Shown here piece after piece: positions 29,914 through 44,139 of a DNA stretch of 64,000 nucleotides. The notes under the pieces are model-generated. The model did not search any database and had not been told where the DNA came from. It saw nothing but the letters and a program-made list of their open reading frames with translations. The stretch is from NCBI RefSeq assembly GCF_000497125.1, contig NC_090596.1:1488001-1552000 (forward strand), read 5' to 3'. Each line of letters opens with the position of its first letter. Positions within the stretch are counted from its first letter, which is position 1. Both the position numbers and the translations under genes were made by a program. The DNA is from Spironucleus salmonicida. Its lineage: Eukaryota.

Positions 29914-31914
29914 ATGGAGGAAATATTGAAGACATTTTTAAACGCATTTAACATCAACACAATGGATAATTTCGATAGATTTATCATTTATATTAATTCT
30001 AACCTAAGATCAATCAGTTTACGCGAAACAGATATAACCAATTTACTAATTTCATAAGCAAAACCTGAAGATTTAAGAAAAGTTTAGTAATTATTATTAT
30101 CAATTTCTTAGCACACTATGAAAAATAGAAATGCTTTCCTATCTGTGCTCTCTCGTATTGAGAAAAATGATCAACTTAAAGTTGACTTTTAAAAACACTA
30201 AGCTTATGTTCAGATTAAAAAGCCTGAAATAGATATTGAAATAAAACACAATCGAACTATTGTTATGCAAAGTCCAACTAAAATTCTTATTCCAGATATT
30301 GTTTATGCACTAAATGGAATTTCTACAGATAAAATCAAACTAGAAATAGACACAGTTACAGGACTCTATACAATAATCACAGACTTTACCCCTTCAATAT
30401 CAGCATTCTTAGTTGAAATTGGAACAGTATCAGGGCTAAAACTCAGATTATAATAATTAGTGAACTCCCTAAAACTATCTAGATCAAAACCAAAGTAAGC
30501 ATTTTCAGCATTTTGTGTTGAATATTTAAACACAGAATTTTAGCAATAATTACGTTATATTTCAACAATGGATACAATAGAATAAGTTCTTATGGTTGTT
30601 AGAGAAAATCTTCGAATATCGTTGGCTTCACTTTGTTGGGCAGGTGAGTTAATAACTTCTAGCTAACTTAGAGGCTGTATAGATTATTTAAAAGTATTAG
30701 AGCTAGTTTAAACAAGTGGGAATGGAGAAAAACTTCTTGAAGCAGTTAAAATTGAAATGGAAAAGCCAATGCTCATGTTCTTATTATAATGGATCCAATT
30801 TGGCGACTGTTAGGATATTCATGGTGATTTTTTTATCGAAGAAATATCTAAAAATTCAAAAAAAATGGATCTCTGGAACGATTAGTTTAAACTTGTTAAT
30901 GTAGCTGGATAATCTTATGATAAAGTACTTAATATTGGCAAAAGTGTATATTTTCTTCGTAAAATATGTAAAATTATCGATTTTGATTTACTAAACAATG
31001 AAAATTGGTTCGATATTTAATCTCAAATCAAGAACAATTCTGTAACATTCCAGGATATAAATTTTAACGAAACTGAAATATTTGTTAACTAAACTGTGAA
31101 CAATTAGCTCTAAAAGAAATATCAAATTAGCGATTCTCTTGATTTAATCATTAAGGTTTTTTTGGGATTCTAGTCAGATTTTATTACAATATTTGCACAG
31201 ACAATGATGCAAAATGCAAGTAATTAGGTTAATTAAGTTTACCGACTTTCTGCAATCAATTAACTGGATCATTGTATATAAAGCTCGAACTTATAGAACT
31301 GTTTTAATCAAGAATTGCTGAGCCAACTGAATCCTTTTATTCTTCCTAATAATTCGACATTTTCGATTAGTTTTAACGCTATTGAACCGCTTAATTATGT
31401 ATTTTTACAAAAACAAATGTTGGAGTTAAAAGATTGCTTTGATTTAGTAGTATTGACACGGATACTTGAGCTATCGTTGAATAAGGTGGAAAAATAATCG
31501 CGAGTAAAATTATGCCTGTTCAAAATTTAAAATTTGGTTAGATTCTTGGCTGGATTCATGCAGAGCATGTTCGGGATGCTATCAGAGCGAATCTCTGTTA
31601 ATTTTGAGAGGCCATAAAATTAAATAGGTTCATATATCGGTTTTATTACTGAATTTACTGCATCAATTACCGAAATTACCCTAAATGGAAGCCTTAAAAT
31701 GTTTATGAATAAGCTATATTTGATCAGCGGGTAACTAATATCAGATAAACTCAGCAAAATGAAATAGCAACAAATTGGCTAGGTAAGACAAATAGAGGTA
31801 GAAGTTTCTAAAATCGTGAAAGAACTCATATAAGATCTCTAAAGTATTAAAACTGGAGAATTTATTGACGAATTCGAGTTGCTTATTAGCCAATTGCAGC
31901 TTAGTAGTTTCTGA
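29914..31914 (+). CDS. Gamma-tubulin complex component, GCP3/Spc98-like (666 aa)
   Basis: LIPDIVYALNGI, PMLMFLLQWIQFGDCQDIHGDFFI, KVLNIGKSVYFLRKIC and KVFLGFQSDFI match GCP GRIP-domain blocks. Confidence 0.82.
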
Positions 31915-31922
31915 GTGAGGTT

Positions 31923-34619
31923 TCAAATATCATTCATTATCATTATTTATGGTATATCATATATAAAATTTTAGTTTTGCGTCCATCTGAGGCATTAAAA
32001 TTCACTATATTAAACTAAGTTATATTTTCTTATTAGACTTATATCAGGAGTTATATAACCGAATAAAAGTAATTACTGTTGTGAATCTTGATCGATTTGA
32101 TCTTAAAAATTATTGCTCAGAAATTCAAAAAATACGAGAGATTTATTCTGTTCGACATCTTGATATGATTCTATAATAATACAAATTCCTGGTATTACGT
32201 CGCTGTTAACTGCAAATAGAAATAGCATTTAAAGATTCGTAAATAATAGTAAAAGTTAGTACAATCACTTATCTACAATATCCACTAGCTAGATATGTAT
32301 TTTTGGGACCAATCCGTTGAGATTAATATTATTTAAAAAAACACCAGCCTTTGGATCTTTGATGCTGAAATATATTGTATTAAAGAATGAGCTTTTTAGA
32401 AAATTTATATCGTTTACCAGTTCATTATAAACAGGATTTAATATTTGTAGATGTTATAATTCGACGGCATAAACAGTTGTATGTTTTTCTAATTCTGCCC
32501 ATAAAATTGAAATTATTGATTTGATATCATTTTCATTGTAATAATTTAAGATTAGATTTTAGAAATATACACCTTAATTTTTAAATATAATATTAAATTT
32601 ATTAGATATGAGTGTTTGAAGTGCAATATTGTTTTTTTCATTAAATAGCTTTACTTTAAATTGTAAATTTTTTGGGATTATGTGGTTATCTATCGGTAAT
32701 AGTTGAAAAGTAACACCAATGTCTTCAAATATTTCTTAATTTTCAAGAAACATAGTTACATTACGGCTTTTAAATTATAATCTTAAATCTTCGAATAATT
32801 CTTTAACTTTATCAGATAATACCGAAATCTAATGTTAATGAACAAATATCTGATTTTCAAGGCGACTATCAAATTATGATAAATCCAGTTCTACATATAT
32901 ATCAACAATAGTAAGTTCTGTGAAGCTTGTTACTGTAATTTATTACATTAGTTGATCAAAATAGTTTAAATCCTTACTGTAAATTGATTTGTAATCCCAG
33001 ATATTTTTATAAAATATGATTCTGAATTAGCCTTTATGAGTTTTTACATCATTTACGGCTGAATGGCAGCATAAAATAAACTCATTTCTATTTTAGCTGA
33101 GGATTTTTCTTTTACAACGACATTTAATCATTTTCTCCACTTGCGTATAATGAATATCTTTTTAATCCATAAATACAACCTTTCGTTCCTACCAATAAGT
33201 ATGAGGCTATACTAAATTATAATTATACTTATCATGGAACTATGAACCACATTAGATCTCAAACAAACTCATTCGTATAACTAATAATTATATACATAAT
33301 AAATAAACTCACCAATAACCCAGAATGTCACAAAGTCTAACAACTAATGTTTCATCAATTTTACCTTAATAAAAGAATCGTTAATCAACTAGTTCCATTA
33401 ATTCTTTATTTTCGAAAATATTCTTCTTCGAGATTTCGTCCCAATCTAATTGTTTAACTTAACAATATTTTTTTAATAATTCCCTAAGATTTGAATTTTA
33501 AGCAGCATTAAATGCATATTAATAATATTTTCCATCTTGAATTGTTAATATTCCAATTTAAAATTACATATTCTAGCATTTTAAATCATATCTCAAATTT
33601 TAAATACGGTATGACTACAAATTATTATCTACTAAAATAGAATCCTATCTTACCCAAGAACTTTCAAATGAGATTGAAACAACATCTCCAGGCTATAAAA
33701 TTTTAACAGTTTGTATTATAAAAGTTGGAATACCTTGAATTTAAACCAACCTGATTTCCGAGTTATAATTTTCAGAAAAAGTAATAAACTATGACTTAGA
33801 TTCAAAAGCATTGCAGTCGAGTAATATCTATTAACCAGTTTAAAATTAAATATAAAATATTTTAGCTAAAAAGGTTTATAAAAACTCAATTTACTCTGAT
33901 GGTAATTTTCTTTATTAGTACATATAATACACTGCTGAAAAAACAGTTGTTAGTGGTGAAACTACTGCATCTATAACAAATAGAGGAGAACCAATTTGGT
34001 GTTAATCTCCCACAATTAGTTAATTATCAAGCAACTAAACATTAACTACTTGATCTGGGGGTAGGATACTTGTTGGGCAGTACGAATTTAGAATTTAATG
34101 TAAGCAAGGATCTGTAAATTATTGGCCAAAGCCTTAGGTTCTGAAACCTGGACCAATTTCGTCAAATACCTGCTAAACATAATTCACATTTTCAACTTTA
34201 GATTATCTAAGATTTTTTTGCGTTACTGTTTTTGGAGTGTTTTATTTTATTTATTATTTTGGTGTTGATTTTTACTTCATAGGAGTTTTTTAAGAAACAT
34301 TTACATCGTCTCCAGATGTATTATCCGAACTAGGTTCTGAAATATTTTCTAAAAATTCTGCAGTTGAAGGCATAGAAAGAGTAATAGAATTTGAAATTTC
34401 TTTAGAAGTTTACCTATACAGCTTACCTAGAACGTACACTATGTTTTTAACCCCTTCTTTTTTATCAAAAGCATCAGGAAATAAAGCTACTGCAATCATT
34501 AATAGATCTTATATGTCTGGTAAGTTTTATAGTGGTTATAACTATGCTTAAAACTATCTCCTTAGATTTCTATGTTAAAGTTATTGTAGCAAAGTAAAAT
34601 AGTTTTATGGTTTCATCAT
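31923..34619 (-). CDS. Hypothetical protein (~898 aa)
   Basis: Start and TGA in frame; sampled segments read as protein; family not recognised. Confidence 0.6.
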
Positions 34620-34694
34620 TTCTCTTATAAAAGGAAAGATCAATCGATATAAATGACTATATAATAAAATATAATATATAAATTTCGTTTAATA

Positions 34695-34991
34695 TCATTC
34701 TTATAGAAGTTTTTAAATTTTTAATTCATCTTCCATAATATTTATGCATTCTTTTAGTACTAATTATAGCTGTTCTGTTTCCGAATGGTAACTTTTCAGA
34801 TTTTTGATCAACTACTTCTTGTGTGTCGAACTTTCTTTTATGTTGTTAATCTTACATTACATTCTTATGCCACATTAATTTCTAGTATACAGTGGCAACT
34901 CGTTAATATCAGATTTAAATATATATAGATCATTCGTAGCCATATTTTTAAAACTCTATGACTTTTAAGATAATGCCGAACTAGTGAACAT
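34695..34991 (-). CDS. Small hypothetical protein (98 aa)
   Basis: Fully read open frame from ATG to TGA. Confidence 0.5.
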
Positions 34992-35044
34992 TTTAATTTT
35001 TAAAATTATTATCTATTATATGACAAGTCTACTTTATTCCTCTA

Positions 35045-35944
35045 ATGGAAAAGTATACCCTTTTCGCAGATAAGCTTACTGGTAAGCTATTATTCAACCA
35101 ACCTTTAGCAGTTTATACTTCATTAGGAACATTTGAAAAAATAATATACCAAAGTTACTTATATACGTTTTACTGGATGCTAGCGGTTACCAGAATGACT
35201 ATTATAGCAATTTTGGCATTTATTTGGGTAATTCTCTCTTATATTCCTCTTATTAATTTTATATGCAACAGGATATTCCCAAAGCTTATCCTGCTTATCA
35301 ATGGCTACCACCATAGAGTTAAGATACTCCAAGGCACCAAAAGGTTTAACACAAAAATTGATAAAACTGCACTTATAGCGGGAAGACTCACCTCTCCGTT
35401 TGATGTCCTCATTTATGCCTCAAAATTTCACGTTTACCAGGTCCTTGTTCCTGAAAAGTTCCTAACTGCCACGAATCTGACTCCAGGAAACTACGGCACA
35501 CTCACATCGCTCTCAATAGCGTTCTGCAGGATTATGTTTTTAGAGAACTTGATTCTTTAGTAATCAACAGAAAAAACACTCAAAGCTCCTAAGCTGACAA
35601 AGAGAACACTAATTTTCCCAGAAGGAACTTCAACGAATGGCTACGGCACACTTCAAACGTACCTACCTGACACACTTTTTGACCAAAAATAGATCGTCTG
35701 CGTGGCAGCCTCGAGACCCTGGAAGTATATCCCTCTCGTACACGCCAGATTCAACCTGCTATCGCTATTTGATGAGACTGGTGTTTTCAGCGTTTCCTGC
35801 AGCGTGAAAACGGTGGTTTTGCCCACAATTTATAATAGGAAACGTGAGACTGTCAGTAGGGGCCTCGCTAGCGCTAGTGGTGTATAGCTCTGCGAGCAGA
35901 CTATTTCCGATAAACTAGCGTATGTCTCGTAGGTCGACGAATGA
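35045..35944 (+). CDS. Lysophospholipid acyltransferase family protein, Loa1/Vps66-like (299 aa)
   Basis: N-terminus MEKYTLFADKLTG resembles Loa1 MEKY...D..TG; hydrophobic membrane segment; LTSPFD at the motif I position; IFPEGTSTNG motif III. Confidence 0.8.
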
Positions 35945-35988
35945 ACTAATAACTTTATGAATATATTACAATATATAGTTTTATAAAA

Positions 35989-36507
35989 ATGGGAATAGAA
36001 AATACTTGTTGTTCCAAAAATGATGCAATTGCTTAAAATATCAATAGATAGACACAGCTGACCGAATTCGTATCAACTGGTTCCTCTGAGTCGTTTCAGC
36101 AAAACGAAAATGTTTAATCCACACTTATTTTACCTCCTCTGAAGCTAAATTTGATCTCAAATTTATCTCAAGCTTCTGCTCCATAGGAGGTAATTCAACC
36201 ATAGTAGATAGGTTTTATTCCACCAATAAATTTCGTGCAACAGCCTTTCTCTGAAGATTAACCATACTTATCAGACCGGCTGTCAGACATATCTAAAATT
36301 GACTATTGTAATGAAATTAACAACAGGAACAGCGTGATTTAGGAATCAAAGCTTGATTCTAATAATGAGGTTGTTAGCGATACATATTAAACAGTAGAAA
36401 CAGTTGAGGAACCAATGAGAGTGCGTGGTGCACGGCCTAGCGATTCTGGAATTTTTGCAAAGCCATTTCTGTTTATAAAAGAGGGCCGACCGCAGACACC
36501 TGAATGA
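35989..36507 (+). CDS. Hypothetical low-complexity protein with MG...CC N-terminus (172 aa)
   Basis: MGIENTCCSK...; frame read to TGA. Confidence 0.6.
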
Positions 36508-36517
36508 GAGGTATAAT

Positions 36518-36829
36518 TCACTTCAGCAGTTCATATAACTAATCACAGTTAGGACTTAGAAATTAAATTAATGAACCATTATCTAATTTAATCTTTAGCA
36601 AAGCACCATCTTTCACAATATTTTCTATATTATCTCTCTTAATTGTATTAATAGTAGTAGCATTTTATTGAACTCTGATGTACAGTAATGATATAGTTAA
36701 AGTTACATAATTTGAAATCATTTAATCGTTAATTTTAGTTATAGTGGCCTTTATAGATGTTGACTAGATCTCTAACGGCTTTACTGGCTCAAGGTTAAGG
36801 TAATATTGCTTAATTTCATCTAAATTCAT
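36518..36829 (-). CDS. Small hypothetical protein, possibly PH-like fold (103 aa)
   Basis: Fully read ORF ending AGTGA; alternating beta-strand pattern plus a C-terminal helix (inference). Confidence 0.55.
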
Positions 36830-36887
36830 TAGTAAATTTATATTACGATACTTCTTATATTATATAATATACAAAAATTCATTCGTA

Positions 36888-37766
36888 TCACTTTGTGAAG
36901 TAAGGGTGTTTTAACGCATCTCTAGCTGATATTCTCTGGTCAGGATCCATGGCAATCATTTTAGCAAACAGATCTCTACCATACTCATTCATATCAGGCA
37001 AAAGCGCATCTATACCAATACCTGGGAATACTGGGAAATCATCTGACCATTGAGGTAACTCTTTACAACCCTTCCACGTTTTTTCATTTGGGGTACCAAA
37101 AGTTTTGAAGATTTTAAGTATTTCTTCTTTCTCGTTTTTAGCTGGAAATAATGGCTTGCCAGTCGCCATTTCATAAAAGATGCATCCAGCAGACCAAATA
37201 TCTATTCCAGCACCGTACTTTTTGCTTCCTAATAGCACAGCTGGGCACCTATACCATAAAGTTACAACTTCGTGTGTATATGCTCTGACTGGGATTCCAG
37301 CTCCCCTAGCTAATCCGAAATCCGCTATTTTCATTATTGGTTCATCGGAATCGCTGACAAGTAAATTTTGTGGTTTGAGATCACGATGCAGTACTCTTCT
37401 ATTGTGCACATATGCTAAACCTTACAGTAATTAACCCATTAATGATTTGATTTAAATAGGTGTTAAACGACCTTTTTTATCCATAAACTTTTTAAGATCC
37501 AATGTTACATACTCGAATACTAATGTCAATTTCGAATCAGTATGAACTACTGATAGTAAATCTACAACATTTGGGTGCTTAAGTTCTTTTAAAATCGCAA
37601 TTTCACGAATAGCAGTAGCTGGGATTCCTTCGTCTTAGGAATCCAAACGAATTCTCTTCAAAGCAACAGTTTGATTTGTTTCCTTATCAATAGCTTTGTA
37701 GACAACACCGTACGTACCTTCGCCAAGCTAAGCTTGTCTTTAATAGCGGTCTAAAGGATCAGTCAT
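36888..37766 (-). CDS. Cyclin-dependent kinase, CDK1/2-like (292 aa)
   Basis: [46 protein letters not shown]; ends AGTGA. Confidence 0.96.
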
Positions 37767-37884
37767 AAATTACTTTGAAGTGAAAATAAACTATTATTAT
37801 TATATTGTTATAAATTGTATTTTAATCGTATATATCTACATTTAATAATATATAGTAATACTTATTTCATTGAAGAAAATATTC

Positions 37885-38208
37885 ATGGGAAATTGTTTAG
37901 AAAAAAACAAGGCATCTTACTGTGGAGAGCCTATAGAGATAGCTTCCTAATTTTTTGGAGAAAGTAATGAGTTATGTGATAAGTAATTGCAAGCTGTATA
38001 TGATTGTGATTTTGGATGTTCTTTAATTCGGGAATAGGATTCAAATATTTACACCCCTTTAGCCAAGAACTAGTCAAATATAATATGTAAAAAGGATATT
38101 ATATCTTTCAGTCATAAGCCTTCCCAAAAGATAGAAATGTAAACACCATAACTATATTTATCAATTTCAGAGTTTTTAAATAACAGTGGCTTAGAAATAA
38201 GCTAATGA
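37885..38208 (+). CDS. Small protein with MGNC acylation-type N-terminus (107 aa)
   Basis: MGNCLEKNK...; frame read to TGA. Confidence 0.55.
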
Positions 38209-38233
38209 TTCATCAGTAATTAGTAATACGTGA

Positions 38234-38554
38234 TCACTTATATTCATTTGATATAGTTAACTGGTCAAATAGATATCCTGAGGTGCTTCGCCGTGTAAGA
38301 TTATTATTACCATTAATAACTTTGAAACTATCTGGATTTGTTTTCGAAATTTCACTTGAAAAATTGCGTGGTGTGATGAAAGATTAACTTTAAATCGGAG
38401 TATCGGATAATTCCGAAATATTTGATACTTCTTCAATCTGTATTATATTAGAGTCCATTCGCTATATTGTATATCTAATGAAATGCGGGGAAGACTCTTA
38501 CATTGATACTAAGTTTCCTATGTAAGTTTGGTCCTTCGATATACAATGACCCAT
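38234..38554 (-). CDS. Small protein with MGHC acylation-type N-terminus (106 aa)
   Basis: MGHCISKDQ...; fully read, ends AGTGA. Confidence 0.6.
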
Positions 38555-38682
38555 TTTTAATTTATAAAATAACAACGTTATTGGTATACATTATGCATAT
38601 TCTACTGTATTATTTTTATTTATACAAAAAATATTATTTAATCAATATTTAAAATTAAAATACAAAAGAACAAAATGTACAG

Positions 38683-40242
38683 TCAGAAGCAAAAATCAGA
38701 ATTAGCTGATTATGTATCTGGAAGTATAATTTAATCGTAGCTAACATTAGATACTATACCAGAGATTTAATTATTAACACATTCTTTAACTATCTCTTTA
38801 TCAAATAAGTCCTGATGTGGAAGCTATCTTCCCATAGTAACAGTAAAACGATAATATGGAGGATAGTGAATTAGATTGACACAATTCCATGTATACATAT
38901 CCGATGCATCTTTCATTATGCTTGCTAACCAAGTGAATCCCCAAGAAGTAGTAAATGCTGAACCAAAATATTTATTATACTTTTCATCAATCTTAATATT
39001 TAGTTATTCAATTATATTTTACACATCAATTAATGATGTTGGTCTTTCAACAATTTTATGATCTTTACAACACTCTGCCTATATTTAAGCTCTTTATTTT
39101 TCTAGCTCACCTAACTATTCATATAATCCTTTATTTTCTTGCATTATTTTAATTTCTTATAAAATTTCTGGACATATGAAAAGAGTACGTGATTATTCGT
39201 TTCTTGAAACATTAACGTCACCAATGATGTGATCACCTACATACAATATATCTTTTTTTCTATAACCTAATTATAAACAAAACTAATTCATATTACCCAT
39301 AGCATATATTTTATTTTTCTTTAGCTATGTAACCTATTTTAATAATTTGACACCTTAATCATCTACTTCTCTGAATGGAATATTTTTAGTGAAAAAATCT
39401 GGTTTATTTGCATCGACAATTAAATAATCAAAATATTCTTTATAATCTTAACCAATCGCATAAGTAAGCAATGTATGAGTATATTCGTAACCTGAATTAG
39501 TCGCCAAGAATACAATTTTCCCAGATTTTCTCATATTTCTTAGCATAGATTTCATCTAGTCGTCTTTTATAACATAAAGTGAAGGTGAAATCTGTGTAAG
39601 CTATTTAAGAGCATCTTTAGGACCATGGATCATTCCCATCGCCTGATTAATATCTTCAAATAAATTTTAATAACACAATTAATTCTTAGGAATATTTTAT
39701 GTATTATTATAAGATAACTTAACCTTAATTGAATTATTAAGAGGATCGGATATAGATTACAAGTTTTCGAAATATTCTATTAGTTCAGCATATAGAGTAA
39801 TCAAAGGTGCTGCAAAAGCAGTAGATTATAAATAAAATCTAGATGAATTCTCTAACTCATATACAGGTATAGTTCCATCCTGGTAGATTTATTTAAATTA
39901 TTATGGATTGAGCTTAGTTTTTCCATGAAGTACCTTTTAAACATAACCAAATTAATCTACTTTTAGTATGTTTCCTAATTAGGTATCTAAAAATAGTCCT
40001 TTAACACCAAAAAGTTTATCATAAATAATTTCTTATATTCTACTAGGATAATTAAATTTAGTTATTAAGTTTTTCACAGTAAGAGAATACTATAACTCTT
40101 CATATGCTTCAGTATAATTAATGATAGTATAATCCATATCAAAACCTACTGCCTTTATTCTAGTAAAGTCAACGGGCTTATTCACAAATAAACGCTCATG
40201 CGATTGCCTATACTAATTTAAGATACACTGTTAAAGCGGCAT
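38683..40242 (-). CDS. Cytosolic purine 5'-nucleotidase, cN-II/NT5C2 family HAD (519 aa)
   Basis: LFVNKPVDFTRIKAVGFDMDYT, FLATNSGYEYT, YFDYLIVDANKPDFF, YVGDHIIGDV. Confidence 0.92.
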
Positions 40243-40304
40243 TTTTGAATCAGAAAAGCTGTTCTTAAATTATTATATTTTTATGCTTAGGTTTAATTTC
40301 CTTT

Positions 40305-41852
40305 TCACTCCTTTTTTTCCTCTTCTTTTTTCCAATCAATTTTAATCTAGCAAGATCCCTACAAAACTACAATTTGCTCATAAATACCTTCAGAAAACTC
40401 ATTTCCAAATATTTCAATACATTCCAAACCACTTTCTTCGAATAATTTGACTAAAACTCCAAGCAAATTCTCATCGAAAACTATCCCACATCCTGATATC
40501 TCAAGTACCCTAAGCCTCTTCATACCAAATTTAACTACCTGCTTTAAAATTCCATTTGCCAGCAATATAAAGCCTTCACTTTTAATTCCATTGCCAGAGA
40601 GTTTTAGCACCTCTAGCATACAATCCTGGCTTCCCAGCGCTAGACCTAAATAGCTAGCTCCAGCTGCCGTCAACATATTGCCTCTGAGATCGAGTTCGTA
40701 AATTTCAGGTCTCTTTAATCCGGCAGCCTAAAGGCTTAATTTAGCAATGAAATTAACCCCTGAGTCGCTAATTTGGTTGAATGGGAGACTCAACGCGCAA
40801 ATTTGATTAGCCGAATTGTCCAAATTAAACTGTCTGAGGCCCTAGCAGAGAATATCACTTTGCTAACTGTTTAGTTATGATTTATAAATTTTGAGCGTTT
40901 TAAGCTTATTAAGTGACTTAAAGCAAGTTGCAATTTGGGCAATATCTTGATTTCCGATTTTTGAGTTTTTGACTGAGGAGTGAAAAATTGGATCTGGGAA
41001 TGCACGATAATTATCATTTTAGAAGGCTACTTGATTCATTTCTACCATATCTGGCATATTATGGAATGGAAATGCTGATTTATCTTATACAAATTATTAT
41101 TTACGGTTTTAAATGTAAGCTGATAGCGAATCTGAGGCTTAAAGCTCTTTGGAGAGCAAAAACTCGAGATTAAAATCCTTAACTGCTACAGATTTACCAA
41201 TTTCACCTAGTGTTTTAGTTCTTAGGTAATTCTAGCCTCTGTATGTTTCATCTGTACTTGTATTATAATGGAGTGGATGGTTAGTGTTCATTTCGAGGAT
41301 TTGGTTTGGATCCAAAATAAAATCATCAAAAATGAGTGTCAAATGCTCTAAATTTGGAAAATTAATCAGAATTTCGCTGTAATTGAACTAATCTGGTTAT
41401 AATCTTAGTAATAAAGAGGTTACTTCAAACCCAAACAATTAACTTGCGTTTAAGAGAGGATTTTCGTCATTTATTGGAAATCCATTATATTATTGACCAG
41501 ATGCTAAAGTTTCGATAACATTACGAAGATAACTTAACCGTGCCATTTCTGGCTCTTATGGTACTATTTTAATACCAAAATGATGGGTGAGTCTTAATTT
41601 CCAAAATGCATCTATATTTAGTGTGTATACTTAAGATAATAAGACATCTTCAGGTAATCTTTAAACTAGATCTGCTATTATTTTATCAGGAGCATTCAAA
41701 TTTTAACAATTCGACTTTATGAACTCAGGCATAAGCGATGTTAAAGAAAGTTCATACAATGATGGTATAATTTTCAAAGAAGGTGTAGGAATATAATCAC
41801 CTCTCTGAGCTCTAGTAGCATAAAGAGATTAAACTGTAAAGGAAAGATCCAT
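40305..41852 (-). CDS. RI-like LRR protein, probable dynein regulatory complex subunit DRC5/TCTE1 (515 aa)
   Basis: IPSLYELSL N-terminal block; DIAQIATCFKSLNKLKTLKI...LSLPFNQISDSG; LDLRGNMLTAAG; LKLSGNGIKSEG repeats; ends AGTGA. Confidence 0.7.
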
Positions 41853-41901
41853 TTTGCGGAATTTAATTATTAATTATTAGCATATAATAATGACGACCTT
41901 A

Positions 41902-42318
41902 TCACTTTTGATGTTATTTATTTGCATCAATAACACTTTGTACCTCATCGTTTCTAGTGTGCTCATTCTTTATAACCTTATTAAGAACTTCTATTTCATT
42001 AAAATTCTGATTTAATTTAGATTCTAAAATCTTACACTACTCGTATACATCCTTGTCTTAATCTAATTTCGATTATAGCGCATAAACCTCATTTGAATTA
42101 AATATAGAATTTTACTATAGTATGTGTGTCTTTTCAATTTAAATACGGATAATTTCTAATTTTTATTACATCTACAAAATCTTGTGATTTTTCTCAATTG
42201 TCATTGATGACAACTCTAACTAGCTGAAAAAAAATTCATTGGAGGCTAGTATTTATTATTATTAATCCAGATCCTACTTTATTAACTTATCTTGAACTTG
42301 ATTTAAATATGTTTACAT
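41902..42318 (-). CDS. Small coiled-coil protein (138 aa)
   Basis: Fully read ORF, Q/E/K-rich, ends AGTGA. Confidence 0.6.
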
Positions 42319-42375
42319 TACTTAAATAAAATATATATCAATAATATATATTAAAAATTTATACTCCAAAACATA

Positions 42376-44097
42376 ATGAAAACCTTTCGGCCTAACTCAA
42401 ACCTAAGTCATAAACGCCCTCCATCAGTACTATCGAGACCACCAAATATATCAAAACCAGTTCATTACCCTAAGCAAAGTTCAATTATTATTCCATAGCC
42501 GTTATTACCATTGTATACTTTGGACACACCGACATAACTTCAAAAACTAATCAAAGATGTAGAAGAACTAACAGGATTGGTTGATTTATAGATTAAACTT
42601 TTAGATTTCGATGAATTTTAAGAAGTACTGCAATCTTGTAGTAAATTAAGATACATTACAGACTAAAAAGAAAATCTCATTAATCAAATGAATCATAATA
42701 TGGCCTATAGGACATTAGAACTCGATGTAGTGGAAAGAAGCTTAAACTAATTGGATGAAAACCTTTCCAAAATTGATCCTTCTGACGAATCAATTAATTA
42801 TATAACAACGTTATTTGATGAAATGAAAGATGAAAATTTAAATTTTAACCCTTATAAAATACTAATTTTCTAGCTTTAATAATCTCTAGCCAAAGTATAC
42901 AGCGAAATGTATTTTGAAATTCTCAATTTGGAAATAAATGTCAAATCCAAAAGATTTATAGAGACAATGACCGCACTTATGGTAAATAAAAAATTTTTTC
43001 AGGAAAAAGATACCACTACTACTAAAAATGGTGTGATTAAGGAGTTTTTCGAACAAAATGTGTGGGTAAAATTGTTACCTGCAAAGAATTTTTCTCATCT
43101 TAAAGTTGTTAAACAGTTTGAATCTCTTGGTACAGATTTTTCAGTTTTTGGTGCAGCGTTTTATGAAGCTATTGGTACTAATTTACCAGATTAATATAGA
43201 ATTCCTTTATTACTATAGAAAAACTAATTGCCACTTTGGGTGTATTATTTTGAATAATTAGTACCAAAAGACTTATATGATAAGTTAATTTCAGTATTAA
43301 GTGCTAGCTCCAGTAAGAAATAAAGATATTTAATTAAAAAATAAGGAGAAATTCAATTAGTATTTGATGTTTTGAGTTCGAATTTATTAGAATGCTAATA
43401 ACGAATTAACATTTATAAATAGGATATGAAAAAGCAAAATTAGCCTGATAACTAATCTTTAGTTAATAGGCTGCTTAAACTAAAGATATAATTAGAATAA
43501 CAAGGATCTGCTCTTGCGTTAGAGCTATAAAGTATATTTAAAACTATTTAATCTATTGACATTACATAACTAACAAATCAGTAACTTTAAGACATAAAAG
43601 TGGCATAGATATTAAAAAATTAAGATATGGTGGGATAACCTATAAAATAGGTTTGGTTAGATGACTAAATTTTAGAAATTATCTTACTTGAATAAGCAGC
43701 TACTATGCATCTTCTTAGTTACAGTAACACTAATGTAATTACGTCTTTAGAGCCATTCTTAGATCAAATTAATGATAAAATATTATAATTAGTTGTAGAG
43801 TTAGAGTAATTTAGTGTGTAGTAAAGGTACGAAGCGCATAGGACGTTGTTACGAAATTACTCATAAACACTATAGTAATAACATACCTTAGAAATATAAG
43901 CAAAGAAAAAATAAGTTCATAGTTGTCCTACAACATTAAAAGATTTATAAAATGCTTAAATTAAAAAGAGAGAATCATAACAATGTTTTAAAAGTTTTAA
44001 CAATTAGAAAAAATTAACACAGAAATAAGAATCACTTAAAAAAGAGATTTAAAAAGTTGGAAGATAAACGGTAAAAGAATCCAGTTTTTACGAATGA
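42376..44097 (+). CDS. Hypothetical protein with Pro-rich N-terminus and coiled coils (573 aa)
   Basis: In frame with track ORF 42907..43194; ATG and TGA consistent. Confidence 0.65.
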
Positions 44098-44139
44098 AAA
44101 ATATTTATGATTTTGCTAATATAGGATAAAAAATAAATA

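Noticed and set aside
33990-34030. LIVGDQHQIG resembling SF1 helicase motif III
   Set aside because: No Walker A/B motifs found upstream in the ORF.
37180-37434. Plus-strand track ORF
   Set aside because: Antisense to the conserved CDK gene.
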